Shown piece by piece: positions 10,343 through 19,977 of a stretch of DNA of 63,794 bases. The notes under the pieces were generated by a model. That model was given only the letters and a program-made list of their open reading frames with translations. It was not told where the DNA came from and made no database searches. Position 1 is the first letter of the stretch, and each line of letters begins with the position of its first letter. The stretch lies in NCBI GenBank assembly GCA_031384895.1, contig JANNAZ010000248.1, forward strand, positions 1 to 63,794, written 5' to 3'. The translations under genes and the position numbers were made by a program. This DNA comes from Cyclobacteriaceae bacterium. Lineage in GTDB: Bacteria; Bacteroidota; Bacteroidia; Cytophagales; Cyclobacteriaceae.

Positions 10343-10870
10343 ATGGATGCCGCCCTTCAAAAACTGGTTGATCGAATTGAGACACAGCGAAGTTCTATTC
10401 TGAACCAGTTCCGGACCCTTACGGCAGAGCAATTCAACCGGGTTCCCGCTCCCGGAAAATGGTCTGCGGCTGAAGTCCTAAGTCACGTCATAGCCGCAGA
10501 GCGGATTTCGCTTGCCTACATCCAGAAAAAGATACAGGGAGTTGATCAGGCAGAAATCAGCGGAACGTGGGAAGAATTAAAAATCATGCTATTGAAGCTT
10601 TCCCAACGACTCCCGGGACTCAAATTCAAAGCTCCAAAGCGCGTAGTGGAGAATACGGCATTCTATCGTGACTTCGCCAGCATTGAATCGGAATGGGGAA
10701 AAGTCCGAAAAGAACTAAGTGGGCTACTTAATCAATTCCCGCAACACAACATAAAGCGATTGATTTATAAACATCCGATAGCGGGTTATCTTAACATACG
10801 TCATGCCCTCATTTTCTTTCACGAGCATGTTTATCACCATTATCCTCAACTGAAAAAATTATTGAAATAA
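10343..10870 (+). CDS. DinB family protein
   Basis: KWSAAEVLSHV, KHP and HVYHH motifs. TACTTTTG promoter at 10316-10323. Confidence 0.88.
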   Translation: MDAALQKLVDRIETQRSSILNQFRTLTAEQFNRVPAPGKWSAAEVLSHVIAAERISLAYIQKKIQGVDQAEISGTWEELKIMLLKLSQRLPGLKFKAPKRVVENTAFYRDFASIESEWGKVRKELSGLLNQFPQHNIKRLIYKHPIAGYLNIRHALIFFHEHVYHHYPQLKKLLK

Positions 10871-10892
10871 ATTTTTCCTAAAAAAGATCGCT

Positions 10893-11762
10893 ATGATTCG
10901 AGTTGCATTCCTATTAATCACCTGTTCGGTATCCATTACCGCGATTGCCCAGTCGGGGTCTGAAATTTATCTTTTCGACCTCGCAACAAAAAAGGACAAG
11001 GTTACTGTCTCCAATCCGGTAAACGTCACTAATCATAAAGGTTATGACAATCAGCCATCTTTTCATCCGGGGCAGCCTACGTTATACTATTCTTCCTTCA
11101 ATGAAGATGGCCGGTCCGACATTCACACTTACAATTACAAAACAAAAAAATCGGTTGCCCTTACTGAAACTCCCGAGCGCGAATACTCACCGACTGTAAC
11201 TCCAGATCGTGGAAATATTTCCTGCATTATCCAGCGCGACAACAATGCGCAGGACCTTGGAAAATACCCGATCGAAGGAGGCCAGGCCTCCGTCATTATC
11301 GACCACCTTATTGTTGGCTATCATGTTTGGGCAGATAACAGTCACCTTGCGCTGTTCGTCCTGGGAACACCAAACACGCTTCATTATCTTCGGCTTCCTA
11401 CCAAGAAGGACACCGTGCTAGCTGAGGGAATTGGACGCTCCCTGCATAAAATTCCTGGAGAACAAGCGATTAGCTTTGTGCATAAAGTATCAGAAAAAGA
11501 ATGGATGATCAAACGATTTGATCCGCAAACAAAGTCGATCGCTACACTCGCACTCACACTTCCGGGTCGTGAAGATCTTTGTTGGTTACCCGATGGAAAA
11601 ATCCTCATGAGTGACGGTACCGATTTCTTCTTCCTGACCCCCGGAAAGGGACAACAATGGAAGAAAGTCAACTTCACAGGAGATCCCGCGCTCAAAGGGA
11701 TATCGCGCCTGGCCGTGAGCGCTGATGGGAAGAAACTTGCTGTCGTTGTCGCAGAAGAATAG
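10893..11762 (+). CDS. secreted TolB-like (PD40) beta-propeller protein
   Basis: Signal peptide; YDNQPSF, EYSPTVTPD and AVSADGKKLAVV blade motifs. Confidence 0.82.
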   Translation: MIRVAFLLITCSVSITAIAQSGSEIYLFDLATKKDKVTVSNPVNVTNHKGYDNQPSFHPGQPTLYYSSFNEDGRSDIHTYNYKTKKSVALTETPEREYSPTVTPDRGNISCIIQRDNNAQDLGKYPIEGGQASVIIDHLIVGYHVWADNSHLALFVLGTPNTLHYLRLPTKKDTVLAEGIGRSLHKIPGEQAISFVHKVSEKEWMIKRFDPQTKSIATLALTLPGREDLCWLPDGKILMSDGTDFFFLTPGKGQQWKKVNFTGDPALKGISRLAVSADGKKLAVVVAEE

Positions 11763-11766
11763 TCGC

Positions 11767-12415
11767 TCAGGGCTTCGGTTCGCAAAAAGATCCCCTTGCG
11801 ATAAATAACTTTTTCAGATCAGCGCTCAGCGCTCCGCTCTTCACCGCGGGGTCATCCATCAATTCTTCCGTCGAAGGCTTTTCCTTCAAGACCAAAACAC
11901 TCCCCGTTGCTTCACCTAAACTTCCCTCCGCGATTACCGACCCGACTTTAACCCAAGGCTCTATATACGCCTGATGTGCTTGAATGGCTTCCGGAAATGT
12001 GCCAACACCCTGTTTTACTTGTTGCGCTGTGTAGCGAACAAAATAATAGTGTCATTTCATACTTCTCTCCAACGGAGCACACCGACCCGGTTCGTGGAGT
12101 GTATAAAAATAGTTCAATGTCCCATCGCTTTGCCTGAATACCGGGATCGGTTGCCAGCCATTCATTCACTTCTACTTTGGAGTGCGAATCAAAAACAAAG
12201 ATTCCTCCGCCCTCTTCAAAAGGGCCGGCAGCCAGCAATTTTCCTTCCTTGGCTAACCGCTTGATATTCGCCAGGTGTCCATCCATGATTTTCTTTATTT
12301 CCTCCGCCGGCAGTTCTTCCTTGTTTTCTTTCTTGTTCAGGAAGACCCATACAAAATTCTGCCCATATGTGATGCCGTGAATCAGGAGGGCCAAACTCAA
12401 CACTACAGTTTTCAT
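11767..12415 (-). pseudogene. secreted tandem YciI-domain protein, frameshifted
   Basis: N-terminal YciI motif (GHLANIKRL...LAAGPF...GGIFVF). After EMT (~12050) the protein continues in another frame as YYFVRY...AHQAYI...DDPAVKSG...ARGSFCEPKP* to TGA at 11767-11769. Confidence 0.75.
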
Positions 12416-12434
12416 GGGGCTGTTTGATTTGTCA

Positions 12435-13586
12435 TCATTTCGGGCCGATCAGTACTTCTACCAGACGGTCAAAATCCTTTTTGTCGTTGTAAACATGTGG
12501 AGATACGCGCATTGAGTCGCCCCGAAACGAAACAGAGATTTTCTTTTTCTTGACTTGCTCTTTGATTTTTTCCACCGCTGCCCCCTTGGGAAACCGGATA
12601 CCAAAAAGATGCTTGCCTCGGAAGCCATCCTCCTCTATCCAGAATCCCGAATTTCGCAGTCGTTGAACTCCGCTTTCGGTGATCTTCTGACAATGCAATT
12701 GAATCTTCTCAGGGCCCCATGCATTTACCTGACGTAAGCCTTCTAGCATCATCGGGACAAGAATAAAATTACTATGCTCTCCTACTTCATACCGCAACGC
12801 ACCGTTTTGATACCGATCCTCGTATCTGACAAGACCCGTAAAATCTTCGCTTCCCAATCGGTTGATCCAGTTTTCCTCAATGGGAGTGCCTTCATCAAAT
12901 GACGCTCCATAATAGGCCAGCCCAATCGAGTATGGACCCATCAACCACTTGTACCCTGCACAGACAAGGGCATCGGGTTTGATTTTAGCCACATCAAATG
13001 GAAGAGCTCCCACCGATTGAGTGCCGTCAATAATCAGCTTGGCCCCGACCTCCCTGGAGCGTTTCCCAATCTGTTCTAAATCAAATCGGGTTCCATCTGC
13101 CCAATGAACATTCCCGAGCGCAACAATTTTGGTGCCTGGACCAATCGCTTCAAGTATGCGAATATTCCACTGCTCGCCGCGCGCAGGAAGCGAATCCGGA
13201 GGGTCTACAACATGCAGCGTAGCTTTTGATTCAGCGGCCAATCGCCGCCACACATAATAATTGCTTGGAAATTGCTCCTGGGCAACCACGACTTTATGCC
13301 CTAGACCCAGCGGAAGGTTCCTCGCCGCATTGGCAAGACCATACGAGGCCGATGGAATGACGACAACGCGCTTTGGATCCGGTGCATTAATTAGTCTCGT
13401 AAATTCTTTTCGGAGAACCTCCGTCTGCAAGAAAAAATCATCAGATGAAACACCTGCAGGATTTCGCTTTGCTCGCATTCCCTCTGTCCCCGCCCGCTCC
13501 ACTCGCTTCATCAATGGCGACATATAGGCACAATTGAGGTATGTGACACCTGGGGCTAAAGAGAATTTTGATCGCTGATTTTTCAT
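12435..13586 (-). CDS. aminotransferase class V-fold PLP enzyme
   Basis: YLNCAYMSP, IDGTQSVG, GYKWLMGPYS (PLP lysine) and RVSPHVYN. Confidence 0.92.
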   Translation of the reverse strand: MKNQRSKFSLAPGVTYLNCAYMSPLMKRVERAGTEGMRAKRNPAGVSSDDFFLQTEVLRKEFTRLINAPDPKRVVVIPSASYGLANAARNLPLGLGHKVVVAQEQFPSNYYVWRRLAAESKATLHVVDPPDSLPARGEQWNIRILEAIGPGTKIVALGNVHWADGTRFDLEQIGKRSREVGAKLIIDGTQSVGALPFDVAKIKPDALVCAGYKWLMGPYSIGLAYYGASFDEGTPIEENWINRLGSEDFTGLVRYEDRYQNGALRYEVGEHSNFILVPMMLEGLRQVNAWGPEKIQLHCQKITESGVQRLRNSGFWIEEDGFRGKHLFGIRFPKGAAVEKIKEQVKKKKISVSFRGDSMRVSPHVYNDKKDFDRLVEVLIGPK

Positions 13587-13718
13587 GATTTCTTACGCGT
13601 TTGGATCAGTTATTTTCCGGTTTATCCCTCTTTCTTCGGGAATTCCCATACAGGCTCAAAGCCGAAGTACGGTTACCTGCTGAATCAAAACAACATAAAT
13701 ACAGACAACGGATTTGCT

Positions 13719-13979
13719 ATGGGGACAATTGAAAATTTCAAGGGAATAGCGTTTGTGCGAATTTCATCCATGCCTAAGGAGCAACAGGAGAAAGTCTGGA
13801 ATTCATTTGAGAAAGATAAGATTATCAAGATTATCAAAGATCAGGCACTGATGAATGATTGCATATTGTACACCGATTATGCCTCCTGGCAATCCCGCCA
13901 ATCTACTGTTCAGCAGCAGACAAAGGCAGGGTCCGTTCAGAATGTTGATTTACCCATCGGCAAACTGGCATTCAAATAG
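13719..13979 (+). CDS. hypothetical protein (86 aa)
   Basis: ATG start, protein-like composition, fills the gap and converges on the VOC gene. Confidence 0.65.
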   Translation: MGTIENFKGIAFVRISSMPKEQQEKVWNSFEKDKIIKIIKDQALMNDCILYTDYASWQSRQSTVQQQTKAGSVQNVDLPIGKLAFK

Positions 13980-13980
13980 C

Positions 13981-14370
13981 TTATTCCCAAATCCCTTTAG
14001 GAACAATCTCCAGCACATGATGTTCGGGATCCTCAAAATAGAAGGATTCTTGGCCGGTCTCCCAAATCACTTTGTCTATTATCCGAATTCCCTTCGCCAG
14101 CAATTCCTGTTTGTGTAACTCATATTCTTCCCGACTTACTTCGAATGCCATGTGTTGTTTCCCTTCACCATAGTGCCCTGGAGGATGGATTTTATGCTTC
14201 GATTCCTCCGGATTAAAACACAGAAGAACAGAAGTCCCAACCCGGAAGAAAATATGTTTTCCCGCTAACCTACTTATAATAGGGAATTCGAGAACTCCGT
14301 GATAAAATTCCTGTGCCAAGGCTAAGTCATTGAAATACAGGCAGGTTTCTTTGATCTGGGTAATGTTCAT
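13981..14370 (-). CDS. VOC/glyoxalase family protein
   Basis: IKETCLY, FYHGVL, HMAFEV and SFYFEDPEHHVLEI motifs. Confidence 0.92.
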   Translation of the reverse strand: MNITQIKETCLYFNDLALAQEFYHGVLEFPIISRLAGKHIFFRVGTSVLLCFNPEESKHKIHPPGHYGEGKQHMAFEVSREEYELHKQELLAKGIRIIDKVIWETGQESFYFEDPEHHVLEIVPKGIWE

Positions 14371-14399
14371 GTTTTTGACCGATCGGTTTCGTGAAGATA

Positions 14400-14660
14400 G
14401 CCTCTGTCTCGGGTTGGAACCCCTTCCGCTCGACCAAAAAAAGGGTGTACTGAGTTGACTATTAATGCATTATAAACTCTTCAATCCGGAGGCCGCTGAG
14501 GAGATATCCACAAACAACTGATTGATAAAACGACTCATAACTTATTAATGATCAACCTTTTAAGACAGAATATTCCGGTCATGTGGATAAAAGGGCCATT
14601 TTGTGGAATACTTTCTACCCCAAATTTTGGAGATTTATAAGTGCCTGAATTTTAACACTT
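14400..14660. other. candidate replication origin / DnaA-box cluster
   Basis: TGTGGATAA (perfect DnaA box, 14582-14590), ATATCCACA (14504-14512), TGTGGAATA (14602-14610), IHF consensus TATCAATCAGTTG on the minus strand (14515-14527), and AT-rich TATTAATG repeats. Confidence 0.5.
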
Positions 14661-14684
14661 TTGTCATTCCTTTGCAGGAGTAAA

Positions 14685-15194
14685 ATGAATTCACGGCTTA
14701 CCTACATCCTAAGGCTCAAACCGGGCAACTGGGTTATTTTCCTCCTGCTCATGGGGGTGCCAGAAGCATACAGCCAGGGGAAGGACCTTATCAGGCTGGA
14801 TCAGCTTCAAGAGGCCATACGCCAAGAAAAGGACCATATTCAAGTCATTAATTTTTGGGCTACCTGGTGTGCCCCATGCCTCAAGGAAATGCCCTTGTTT
14901 GAAAAACTAAATGAGGAACGAAAGGATGTTCGGGTAAGGCTTGTGAGCCTGGACCTTGATCTGGATCCCAACGTAGAGAAGGTCAGAAACTTTGTCATTC
15001 GGAAAAAGATAAAGTCAGAAGTCATGATTCTGGATGAACAAAATCCAACTAGTTGGATTGAAAAAATAGACAAGAGTTGGTCGGGTGCACTTCCCGCAAC
15101 CTTGGTGATAAACAACAAGAATGGAAAGCGTAAATTTGTTGAGCGAGAGCTTCAGCCTGGTGAGTTAGAAAAACTTATCGCAGAAGTTCAATAA
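14685..15194 (+). CDS. TlpA-family thioredoxin-like disulfide reductase
   Basis: INFWATWCAPCLKEMP and WSGALPAT motifs. Confidence 0.92.
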   Translation: MNSRLTYILRLKPGNWVIFLLLMGVPEAYSQGKDLIRLDQLQEAIRQEKDHIQVINFWATWCAPCLKEMPLFEKLNEERKDVRVRLVSLDLDLDPNVEKVRNFVIRKKIKSEVMILDEQNPTSWIEKIDKSWSGALPATLVINNKNGKRKFVERELQPGELEKLIAEVQ

Positions 15195-15218
15195 TCCATA
15201 ACCCATAAACTATTTTGT

Positions 15219-15830
15219 ATGATGAAGCGATTGATTGTTGGTTTGTTGATGTGTGTTTCCCTGAGCGCTGCAGCGCCAGTAAAGAGTGGATATGAATTGG
15301 GAGACATTGTTGCTGATTTTCGACTGAAGAATGTTGATGGAAAGATGATTTCACTCTCTGACTTCAAGGATGCCAAAGGCATCATGGTCATCTTTGACTG
15401 CAATACCTGTCCTTACTCCAAGGCCTACAACAGCCGAATCATCGACTTGAACAATAAATATGTCACCAAAGGTTTCCCGGTAATAACGATCAATCCCAAT
15501 GATCCCGGGCAGTCTTCTGGTGATTCATTTGAGCATATGGTTTCTCTAGCGAAAGAAAAAGGATATTCATTTCCCTACCTCGTTGATGAAACACAGGATG
15601 TCACACGTGCTTTCGGCGCAACAAACACCCCTCATGTGTTCCTGCTTCAACGCAACGGCAACCAACTTAAACTTGTCTACATCGGGGCAATCGATGACAA
15701 TGCCAGAGACGCTGCTGCCATCAAGCGGAAATACGTTGAAGAAGCGGTCGATGCGTTACTACTGAATAAGCCCGTTCCGGTTTTGCGCACCAAGGCACTT
15801 GGCTGCAGTATCAAATGGAAGACTGCCTGA
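15219..15830 (+). CDS. secreted thioredoxin family (AhpC/TSA-like) protein
   Basis: Signal peptide; FDCNTCPY, FPYLVDETQ, GATNTPH, YIGAIDD and GCSIKW motifs. Confidence 0.9.
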   Translation: MMKRLIVGLLMCVSLSAAAPVKSGYELGDIVADFRLKNVDGKMISLSDFKDAKGIMVIFDCNTCPYSKAYNSRIIDLNNKYVTKGFPVITINPNDPGQSSGDSFEHMVSLAKEKGYSFPYLVDETQDVTRAFGATNTPHVFLLQRNGNQLKLVYIGAIDDNARDAAAIKRKYVEEAVDALLLNKPVPVLRTKALGCSIKWKTA

Positions 15831-15852
15831 GCCATGAATCAGGCTTAGGACA

Positions 15853-17370
15853 TTAGTTGGATAGCGTGGCAAGGATATCGTCTACGTATTCCCTTGAGTT
15901 GCTAAGTCGAGGCACCTTGTTTTGTGCTCCCAGTTTCCCTCTTTTTTTCATCCATTGATAGAAAGTTCCTTCGGGAACGCTGTGAATCCGAGGGGCGATC
16001 AGCGCGAGATCGTGAGCCCGCTTTGCGTCATAATCAGAATTGATCTTACGCAGGGTCTCGTCCAAAATGCCTCCAAATTCATCGATACTGCGTGGTGGAG
16101 TGTGGAATTCAATAATCCACTCGTGTCCTCCCCGCTTGTTTTGCTCCAGGTAAATCGGTGCAGCGGTGAAGTTGGTGATAACGCCACCCGTAATTTCACA
16201 TGCCCTCGTAATCGCTGCTTCTGCGTTTTCGATAATTACCTCCTCGCCAAACGCATTGATGAAATGTTTGGTCCGGCCGGAGATCTTGATACGATAGGGT
16301 GTTTTGCTGGTAAACTTGACTGTGTCGCCGATATTGTATCGCCAAAGTCCTGCGTTAGTCGTGATCACCATGGCATAGTTCTTACCCAACTCCACTTCGT
16401 TCAGGGGGATAGGAGATGGGTATTCATCCTTGGATTCCTCTGTAGGAATAAACTCGTAGAAGATTCCATAATCTAACATGAGGAGTAATTCCTCGCTATC
16501 CTTTTGATCCTGGATTCCAAAAAATCCTTCGCTGGCATTGTAGGTCTCCCAATATTGCATGTTGTCTGTCGGGATCAACGTTTTGAACAATGCCCGATAG
16601 GGTGAAAAGGCCACTGCACCATGAAAAAATACCTCCAGGTTTGGCCACACTTCTTGAATCGGCTTCTTCTCTAGCTCCATTACCCGCTGAAGTAACAATA
16701 CGGTCCATGTTGGAACGCCTGCGATGTGGGTAACATCCACTTTGGCCGTTTCACGAGCGAGCCTTTCTATTTTTTCTTCCCAGTTGCTCATTAGCGCCAC
16801 CTCAAGACTTGGCGTGCGTATGAGCTGCGCCCAAACGGGAAGGTTCTGTATCAACACAGCGGAAACGTCGCCATAGTGTGATGTGGAGGAAGGGTCTAGT
16901 TCGTTAATCTGGTGGCTCCCGCCTAGCGCAAGACCACGACCTGAAAAAATATTCGTGTCCGGGTTGTTGTTGACGTAAATACAATATAGGTCCTTGCCTC
17001 CCTTAAAATGACATTCCTCAAATGACTCTGTAGAGATTGGAATGAACTTGCTCCGTGCATTGGTCGTTCCTGAAGATCTGGAAAACCACTTGATTTCCGT
17101 GGGCCAAAGAATGTTCTGCTCTCCCTTCATCATTCGTTCAACGTAGGGGAACATCTGCTCGTACGTATGGACAGGAACCCGACGCGTGAAGTCGTCGTAA
17201 TTCACCATTTCATCAAACCCGTACTTCCTTCCAAATTCGGTAGGTCTGGCCACCTGAAGGAGTCGCTGCAAGAGTTCATCTTGTACGTCATCGGGATATT
17301 TCATGAAAAGCTCGATCTGGTGGATGCGCTTTTTCATGACCCAGGTTAATATGGAATTAATCAGCTGCAT
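15853..17370 (-). CDS. GH3 family acyl-acid amido synthetase-like protein
   Basis: SSGTT, YNASEGFF, GLWRYNIGD and QNKVPRL motifs. TAATTTTG promoter at 17384-17391 (minus strand). Confidence 0.93.
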   Translation of the reverse strand: MQLINSILTWVMKKRIHQIELFMKYPDDVQDELLQRLLQVARPTEFGRKYGFDEMVNYDDFTRRVPVHTYEQMFPYVERMMKGEQNILWPTEIKWFSRSSGTTNARSKFIPISTESFEECHFKGGKDLYCIYVNNNPDTNIFSGRGLALGGSHQINELDPSSTSHYGDVSAVLIQNLPVWAQLIRTPSLEVALMSNWEEKIERLARETAKVDVTHIAGVPTWTVLLLQRVMELEKKPIQEVWPNLEVFFHGAVAFSPYRALFKTLIPTDNMQYWETYNASEGFFGIQDQKDSEELLLMLDYGIFYEFIPTEESKDEYPSPIPLNEVELGKNYAMVITTNAGLWRYNIGDTVKFTSKTPYRIKISGRTKHFINAFGEEVIIENAEAAITRACEITGGVITNFTAAPIYLEQNKRGGHEWIIEFHTPPRSIDEFGGILDETLRKINSDYDAKRAHDLALIAPRIHSVPEGTFYQWMKKRGKLGAQNKVPRLSNSREYVDDILATLSN

Positions 17371-17541
17371 GAAGGATTGGGGCCAAAATTAACCGCTGTC
17401 GCTCTACTACCAAAACTGAAAGGAAACGAAACAATTGCCATGAAATCAAGGATTGAATAGTTTCAAGGATAAAGTGAGGAATCAAATCGCTTGTAAAATA
17501 GTATCTTCTATTAACTTAGTCCCTGTTTAACTAACATTCCT

Positions 17542-18897
17542 ATGACCATCCATGATTATCTGAATTTTGTAAAGCAACGGAATGCCCATGAACCGGAGTT
17601 CCTGCAGGCTGTTGATGAAGTCATCCAATCGGTATTTCCTGTCCTCGAACGCCATGCCGAATACAGAAAACTGAAGTTGTTTGAGCGAATGACGGAACCC
17701 GAACGGCTCATCTCTTTCCGGGTTAATTGGATGGATGATAAAGGCGAGGTACAGGTAAATCGGGGATATCGCGTGCAAATGAATAGCGCCATTGGGCCAT
17801 ACAAAGGCGGATTGCGTTTTCACCCATCGGTAACACAAAGCGTATTAAAGTTTTTGGCCTTTGAACAGGTCTTCAAGAATGCACTTACAGGAGTCCCTAT
17901 GGGTGGAGGGAAGGGTGGAAGCGACTTCGATCCAAAAGGAAAAAGTGAAAACGAAGTCATGCGCTTTTGTTATGCGTTCATGAGTGAGCTGGCCCGTCAT
18001 ATTGACCATCGCACAGACGTTCCCGCTGGCGATATCGGTGTGGGTGGAAGAGAAATCGGGTACCTCTTCGGTGCCTACAAGAAAATCAAAAATGAATTTA
18101 CTGGTGTCTTGACAGGCAAGGGAATTGGATGGGGTGGAAGCTTGATCCGAACAGAAGCCACCGGGTATGGACTTATTTACTTTGCAGAGAACATGATGCA
18201 AAACATTGGTTCATCGCTTAAGGGAAAGACGTGTCTTGTATCTGGATCCGGAAATGTCTCTCAATATGCTATTGAGAAAATTATCCAACTGGGCGGAAAG
18301 GCTGTTTCAGCATCTGATTCCGCCGGTTTTGTTTACGATGAAAGCGGGATTACCCAGGAAAAGCTTGAATTTCTCAAAGATCTTAAGAACAACCGCAGAG
18401 GGCGCATCAAAGAATACGCCGATAAATTTAAGAGCGCTGTCTACAAAGAGACTGACTCCAAGGCGGATAGCAATCCGCTGTGGTCCATCAAGGCTGATTG
18501 CGCATTCCCCTGTGCCACTCAAAATGAAGTCAACGCCAAAGACTGTAATAACCTTGTCAAAAACGGTGCGAAGCTGCTGGCAGAGGGCGCCAATATGCCG
18601 ACCACGCCGGACGGAATTAACATCCTAATCGACAATGGTGTGATGTACGCTCCCGGCAAAGCTTCCAACGCCGGCGGCGTAGCAACTTCCGGCCTGGAAA
18701 TGACACAGAACTACATGGGCAACAACTGGACGCGTGAGCAAGTGGATGAAAAGCTATACGGCATCATGAAAAGCATTCACGAAATAAGTCTCGCCGCGGC
18801 CAAAGAATACGGCAAGCCGGGCAACTACATGGTGGGGGCCAACATTGCAGGATTTGTTAAAGTGGCGAAAGCTATGCAGGCGCAGGGTGTAATCTAG
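17542..18897 (+). CDS. gdhA: NADP-specific glutamate dehydrogenase
   Basis: GPYKGGLRFHPSV, MGGGKGGSDFDPKG, DVPAGDIGVGGREIG, GSGNV and EGANMP motifs. Confidence 0.98.
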   Translation: MTIHDYLNFVKQRNAHEPEFLQAVDEVIQSVFPVLERHAEYRKLKLFERMTEPERLISFRVNWMDDKGEVQVNRGYRVQMNSAIGPYKGGLRFHPSVTQSVLKFLAFEQVFKNALTGVPMGGGKGGSDFDPKGKSENEVMRFCYAFMSELARHIDHRTDVPAGDIGVGGREIGYLFGAYKKIKNEFTGVLTGKGIGWGGSLIRTEATGYGLIYFAENMMQNIGSSLKGKTCLVSGSGNVSQYAIEKIIQLGGKAVSASDSAGFVYDESGITQEKLEFLKDLKNNRRGRIKEYADKFKSAVYKETDSKADSNPLWSIKADCAFPCATQNEVNAKDCNNLVKNGAKLLAEGANMPTTPDGINILIDNGVMYAPGKASNAGGVATSGLEMTQNYMGNNWTREQVDEKLYGIMKSIHEISLAAAKEYGKPGNYMVGANIAGFVKVAKAMQAQGVI

Positions 18898-18948
18898 TTG
18901 CCTTTTAAGTAGCCCGTTGCGGAGCTATTCGTCTGAGTGCCGGCGCGC

Positions 18949-19862
18949 CTACTGATGAAGCATGGTTTCCTTTATCCCTATTTCATAGGATGTGGCTTGC
19001 TGCTTGAAAGCAGATTCGAATTTTGTACTGTCAAATACATAGTCCGTATCAAACTGATACATCATTTCAACCAACTCACGGAGTATGGGGACAAAAATCC
19101 CCAGTACACGGACACCCAGCTTTGGCAAGCTCTGGACGGAGTACGGCCGGCCCGTTAGTGTACAGGCTAGTCGGACCAATGCTTCGCCTGTAATTTTTTC
19201 CTTGCTTGTCAACGCGTGCCAGGTCTGGTTAAACGCAGATGACGTGTTCCCCAGCAGCGCTACCGTCCGGCCAGCATCGGGCGTATAGGTAAAGGTGTGA
19301 ATTCGTTTTGGGTCTCCGAGCCATTGCGGGCCTTTCTTGGCATGTAATCGCTCAACTACTGTTGAATGAATCATGCTAAGCGTTGCTCCGGGCCCATAAA
19401 AATCCGCAGCCCTCACAATCATCCCCTGAATATTCTGGGCCTTTACCTCCTCCAATAGCATGGTGGCAATCTGTGCCCTCACTTCCCCCTTCCGAGAGTT
19501 GGGATTAAAGGGCGTATCCTCTTCACCCCATTTACTAATCCATACGCATATACGTTGTCGAAGAATACCAGCTTGCTGCCGCTTTCTTTGCAGGCATTGA
19601 TGACATGCTGCATAACCTTCGGCCATTCCGCTTGCCACGTTTTCGTATCGTATTTCAGGCCTGCTACCAGATAAACCACTTCACTTCCAGCGACAGCCTT
19701 TCGTACATCCTCGTAGTTCAATAAATCGGCTGTCATCAACGTGTCACTGACATTGACCTTCTTTGGATGCCTGCTGACCTGGCGCATTTGGTCTGTGTAT
19801 TTTAGAAGTTGGATGGAAAGTTCTCTTCCGATCACTCCATTGGCTCCGAGAATAGTTTGCAT
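18949..19862 (-). pseudogene. NAD-dependent epimerase/dehydratase, frameshifted
   Basis: ILGANGVIG...FFDNVYAYGLVNG lies in ORF 19479..19862 and continues as EEDTPFNP...RAADFYGP...TYTPDAG in ORF 18949..19638. The frame changes near 19525. Confidence 0.8.
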
Positions 19863-19977
19863 GTAGTTGATTTTTACTTAAGCCGATTTGTCCATTAAAA
19901 CTAGCGAACTTCTGGTCTCAAAAAAAAACCGCGCAGGAGTTTTGGTCCTGCACGGTAATAATCAGAGAAAACAAATC

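Noticed and set aside
18907-18929. Hairpin after gdhA as a terminator
   Set aside because: Short bulged stem without a convincing T tract.
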